DNA of 64,000 bases from positions 1 to 64,000 of the forward strand of contig JBDKSP010000089.1 of the NCBI GenBank assembly GCA_039680575.1, given 5' to 3'. The position numbers and the translations under genes were made by a program. Shown piece by piece: positions 60,359 to 64,000 of this stretch. Within the stretch, counting starts at the first letter, position 1. Each line of letters opens with the position of its first letter. Below the pieces are notes generated by a model, which saw only the letters and a program-made list of their open reading frames with translations, searched no databases and was not told where the DNA came from. This stretch comes from Armatimonadota bacterium. Lineage in GTDB: Bacteria; Armatimonadota; UBA5829; DTLH01.

Positions 60359-61510
60359 CTACAGCGGATTTACCGGCTTACCATTGACGCGCTTTTCGAA
60401 GTGGCAGTGCGGTCCGGTGCTCCATCCGGTGCTTCCGGAGCGGGCGATTACGGTCCCACGCTTTACATGCTGGCCTGTACGGACAAGAAGTCTCGAATTA
60501 TGGCCGTAAAGAGTCGATACGCCGCCGCCATGATCGATGACGACTGCATAGCCATATGCACCCATCCATCCGGCCATGATAACTTCTCCATCAGCGGCTG
60601 CCTTGACCGAAGTACCCGAAGGACAGGCGATATCTACACCGGTATGCAGCGATCTGTTTCCGGTCACGGGGTGGATACGGTATCCGAACCTGGATGTGAA
60701 CCGCCCGTTGACAGGCAGCATCAACCCGCCGACAAATTTCCCGCTATAGTGCCCGGTGCTTCGCCTGGATGCCTGGTAACGTTGAATGGAAGCAGCGATC
60801 TCTTCGGACTTCGCCATCAATTCAGCCAGCGCACGCTCGTAAAGCTCGCGGTCCTGTTCGATTGCGTTAAGCTGAGCGGATTCATCCTCGGCCAGACTAG
60901 AAACGCTGTCCCTCTGCTGAATCAACTGAGACTGGAGGCTTGCTATCAGCCTGACCTCTTTAGCCTGAGCCATTTTGTCTTTTTCAATCTGAGCTTTATC
61001 TCTCTTATACTGATTGATCAGATCGACATCGCTCGATACTATCTGTTCAATATAGTATCGCCTCGACAGAAAAGTCTTCATGTCACGGGAGCCCAGCATA
61101 ACTTCGAGGTAACTGACGTCCTCACCCTCATAAACATCCGATATCCGGCCGGCAAGGAGCTTTCCACGGCGGTTAAGCTGGCGTTCAGTCCTTGCGAGGC
61201 GGGCGTTGATTACTTTCAGCTTGCTCTGTGCATTGTTCAAGCTCATCTTGTTTTTGATGACCTTCGATTGAGCTGTCTCTAGATTGCGCTGAGTGGATAT
61301 GAGCTGATCAGTAACATTTCTCTGCTGAATTTTGGTTTGCTTGAGGCGTGCCCGCATGTCTTTGATTCGCGTGTTGACATTATGCAGGTCTCTTTTGAGT
61401 GCCTTGGTGGATCGTCGGGCAGGTTTCGCTTCGATGACGAGCGGCGACGAAGCGCATACAAAAAACACAGCTATAATGAATAACAAAATTATTCTGAATA
61501 AAGACCGCAA
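60359..61510 (-). CDS. EnvC-like coiled-coil plus M23 peptidase
   Basis: Signal peptide, coiled coil, HTGVD, YGH, STGPH.HFE. Confidence 0.92.
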   Translation of the reverse strand: MRSLFRIILLFIIAVFFVCASSPLVIEAKPARRSTKALKRDLHNVNTRIKDMRARLKQTKIQQRNVTDQLISTQRNLETAQSKVIKNKMSLNNAQSKLKVINARLARTERQLNRRGKLLAGRISDVYEGEDVSYLEVMLGSRDMKTFLSRRYYIEQIVSSDVDLINQYKRDKAQIEKDKMAQAKEVRLIASLQSQLIQQRDSVSSLAEDESAQLNAIEQDRELYERALAELMAKSEEIAASIQRYQASRRSTGHYSGKFVGGLMLPVNGRFTSRFGYRIHPVTGNRSLHTGVDIACPSGTSVKAAADGEVIMAGWMGAYGYAVVIDHGGGVSTLYGHNSRLLVRTGQHVKRGTVIARSGSTGWSTGPHCHFEKRVNGKPVNPL

Positions 61511-61543
61511 GCTTTCACACCACCCGAAGAATTGATGAAGCCG

Positions 61544-62428
61544 TTATATTTTGAGGAATCGCCTGATGGACACCATACTACCGAGCGCGCCGATCGCGGC
61601 GCCAGTCAGGACGATGAACATCGTAAACTGTAAATGCCCCACACTGGGAGCCATTGTGCGTATTGTGGGAGATATGTGTTTCCACATCAGATTAGATGCG
61701 TACCCGGACCCGGCCGCTAACAGTCCACTGGCAATCAGTGCGCCGGACATGCCGAGCACTATACCCTCAAGCACCAGCGGAATCCTGATAAACCAGTTTG
61801 TAGCCCCGACAAGCTGCATTATTCTGATCTCGTGACGTCTCGCAAACAGGGTCAGCCTGATTGCGTTGCTGATGATAAAAATCGTAGTCAGGCAAAGAAC
61901 GATAGCGCCAACGATCCCCAACACCTTAACGAGGTCGGCTACTGCCCTTACATGCCGGTAATCTTCTTCCGCATTCCCGACTTTATTGACGCCGTCGATC
62001 TTTCCGACCTGCTCGGCCAGTTCGGACACTTTATGCGGGTCCTTCGCCGTAATGTCTATCCTGTAAGGCAGAGGGTTGCCGACGACGCCGCCCAGGTCCA
62101 TATCTGGACTGATCTGGTGTTTGAACCCTGCCCATTCCTTATCTCTGGAGAGAAGCTCGGCGTTTTTGGTGAGCGGAAGATTCCTTATGGCATCGCGCAC
62201 ATCTTCAGCCTGTTTTGAGGTTGCTTCACGAGGAACGAAGGCCGCAATTTGGAACTGGGCCAACTCCCCTTCGACAAAGCGATGGCTCGAAATGGCAATA
62301 AGCAAAAATGCTCCCAATATGGCAAGTGACAGCGCGGCAGTCGTGATAGCGGCTACGGCCATAATGCCGTTTCGCCATATCCCGATGAACGCTTCCTGTA
62401 TCAGGTATTCAAGATTCCGCAGTTTCAA
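61544..62428 (-). CDS. ftsX: Cell division permease FtsX
   Basis: RN..M, NPLP, N.IRL...RRHEI.IMQLVGAT.WFI..P..LEG; TTG start inferred. Confidence 0.93.
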   Translation of the reverse strand: MKLRNLEYLIQEAFIGIWRNGIMAVAAITTAALSLAILGAFLLIAISSHRFVEGELAQFQIAAFVPREATSKQAEDVRDAIRNLPLTKNAELLSRDKEWAGFKHQISPDMDLGGVVGNPLPYRIDITAKDPHKVSELAEQVGKIDGVNKVGNAEEDYRHVRAVADLVKVLGIVGAIVLCLTTIFIISNAIRLTLFARRHEIRIMQLVGATNWFIRIPLVLEGIVLGMSGALIASGLLAAGSGYASNLMWKHISPTIRTMAPSVGHLQFTMFIVLTGAAIGALGSMVSIRRFLKI

Positions 62429-63134
62429 CGTTATAAAGACTTTCTGATTCCGGACCGGCGCTATAAGCGCCTTTATCTTCATCTCGGACCATCCTGCCGG
62501 CTCCAAGCTCCACAACCCGGCGCATCATCCGGTCTACTATCTGGTTATCATGGGTTGCAACAAGTACCGTGGTACCTCTCGCATTGATTCTTGAAAGGAT
62601 TTGGACAATTCCCCACGAAGTATCGGGGTCCAGGTTGCCGGTAGGCTCATCGGCGATCAGGATGGGAGGGTTATTGACTAGTGAGCGAGCTATCGCGGCG
62701 CGCTGCTGTTCTCCGCCGGAAAGCTCTGCCGGGAATGAGTCACACCTGTGCATCATTCCCACAAGGTCGAGGGCTTCGGATATGCGTTTTCTCATCTCTT
62801 TTCTGGATACACCCGTAACTCTGAGAACAAACGCAAGGTTTTCCCAGACAGTCTTCCTCGGCAGGAGCTTGAAGTCCTGGAAAACCACTCCAAGCCGCCG
62901 TCTGAGATAAGGAATATGGTTCACCGCGAGCGATGTAACATCCTGTCCGGCGACGAACACATTGCCCTCGGATGGAACAAGCTCCCTGTACAACAGCTTG
63001 AGGAGTGTCGACTTGCCGCTGCCGCTCGTACCGACGAGAAACACAAAGTCACCCCGTCCTACGCGTAAGCTAACATGCGATAATGCCTGCACGCCGTTCG
63101 GGTAGACCAAAGAGACATCACACAGTTCAATCAT
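62409..63134 (-). CDS. ftsE: Cell division ABC ATPase FtsE
   Basis: GTSGSGKST, VFQDFKLL, LSGGEQQR, ADEPTGNLDP, ATH. Confidence 0.95.
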   Translation of the reverse strand: MIELCDVSLVYPNGVQALSHVSLRVGRGDFVFLVGTSGSGKSTLLKLLYRELVPSEGNVFVAGQDVTSLAVNHIPYLRRRLGVVFQDFKLLPRKTVWENLAFVLRVTGVSRKEMRKRISEALDLVGMMHRCDSFPAELSGGEQQRAAIARSLVNNPPILIADEPTGNLDPDTSWGIVQILSRINARGTTVLVATHDNQIVDRMMRRVVELGAGRMVRDEDKGAYSAGPESESLYNVETAES

Positions 63135-63413
63135 TTTGCTCAAGGTCTCCCATGACTTCACACATCCGTGAAGCTCAAAAAAATAAAGTGCCGCCTCTCA
63201 GCACCGATACCAATTATACCTGAACAGTGAATTCAACGCAAACCGTAAGAGTTTCGGAGGGTGAAACAGTATATATTAATCGTTACATCAACTGCCGTAA
63301 TTCCGGTAGGTTTACCGGGTTGTGACGAGCGTGATATAATCGCTTATGGCTGAATTGTTCATTCTTCGGCCATATGTGCGTTTTACACACATCGCACCGG
63401 GTATCAACAACTG

Positions 63414-64000
63414 ATGAGACTCTTAGATAGATACGCCATAAAAGAGATGGTAGTTCCAACACTGGCAGGGATGCTGGTGATTATCATAATGATGCTCGGG
63501 AACTTCCTCTTTTATCATATACACGAACTTTTCCACCGGGCGGACTTCATCGATATTGTGAAGCTGCTCCTTTTGACCATCCCGTCGTCCGCGTGGATGA
63601 TCCTGCCCTCCGGCGCGCTTTTCGGGTGCGCGCTCGCCGTCACCAGGCTTGCCAGGGACTCAGAGATCACCATGATGCGTATGGCCGGGATCAGCGCAAG
63701 AAGGATATTCCTGCCCATATTTATAGTGGGGATTCTGCTCTCCGGCATCCATTACATGGTACAGGAAAAAGTCACTCCCTGGGCTGAAACCAAAAGCAGG
63801 GATATTATGAACCGGATATTGTGCATGCCTGGCGCACCCTCGATCCAGGCGAATGTCTTCTTCAACTCGGAAAACTACTGGTTCTACGTGCAGCGGGTGG
63901 AGAAAAATGGCAAGAAATCGATCCTTCATAATGTCATGGTCTACGAATTGACTCCCGGAGACGAATATCCGGAGATTACTACCGCCGAGACAGCCGTTCA
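63414..64000 (+). CDS. LptF/LptG family permease (partial, runs off the window; absent from the ORF track)
   Basis: Manual translation MRLLDRYAIKE...RLARDSEITMMRMAGIS.RRI..P...EKVTP. Confidence 0.88.
   Translation, partial: MRLLDRYAIKEMVVPTLAGMLVIIIMMLGNFLFYHIHELFHRADFIDIVKLLLLTIPSSAWMILPSGALFGCALAVTRLARDSEITMMRMAGISARRIFLPIFIVGILLSGIHYMVQEKVTPWAETKSRDIMNRILCMPGAPSIQANVFFNSENYWFYVQRVEKNGKKSILHNVMVYELTPGDEYPEITTAETAV

Overview
Bacterial chromosomal window, roughly 50-55% GC by eye, mostly housekeeping, envelope and carbohydrate genes. It has a Terrabacteria-type gene order (rpiB-glyA-dCMP deaminase-wecA/tagO, LCP, ftsE-ftsX-M23-smpB, acpS-nnr) together with diderm markers (LptF/G permease, SLH+Wzi-like barrel, TolB-like proteins). 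This is consistent with a diderm Terrabacterium such as Armatimonadota (inference only). I recognised no rRNA, tRNA, CRISPR array, transposase or integrase. The most notable items are: (1) a 7-gene Ser/Thr phospho-signalling operon (three FHA proteins, a vWA protein with tandem TQM repeats, an RDD protein, PP2C, and a kinase with an atypical Gly loop plus TPR-like tail) at 44.7-53.5 kb; (2) a dispersed two-hairpin element with conserved covarying stems and variable loops (5 full and 2 partial copies), always co-oriented with local transcription; (3) an orphan XRE/ImmA-IrrE pair placed between an RsbW-like and an RsbV-like gene, with SigB/SigF-like promoters at nearby stress genes; (4) a lower-GC PD-(D/E)XK nuclease with a possible EVE/PUA-like domain; (5) an excisionase-HTH plus degenerate PIN pair; (6) several REP-like repeat families. 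All family calls come from motif recognition, not database searches.
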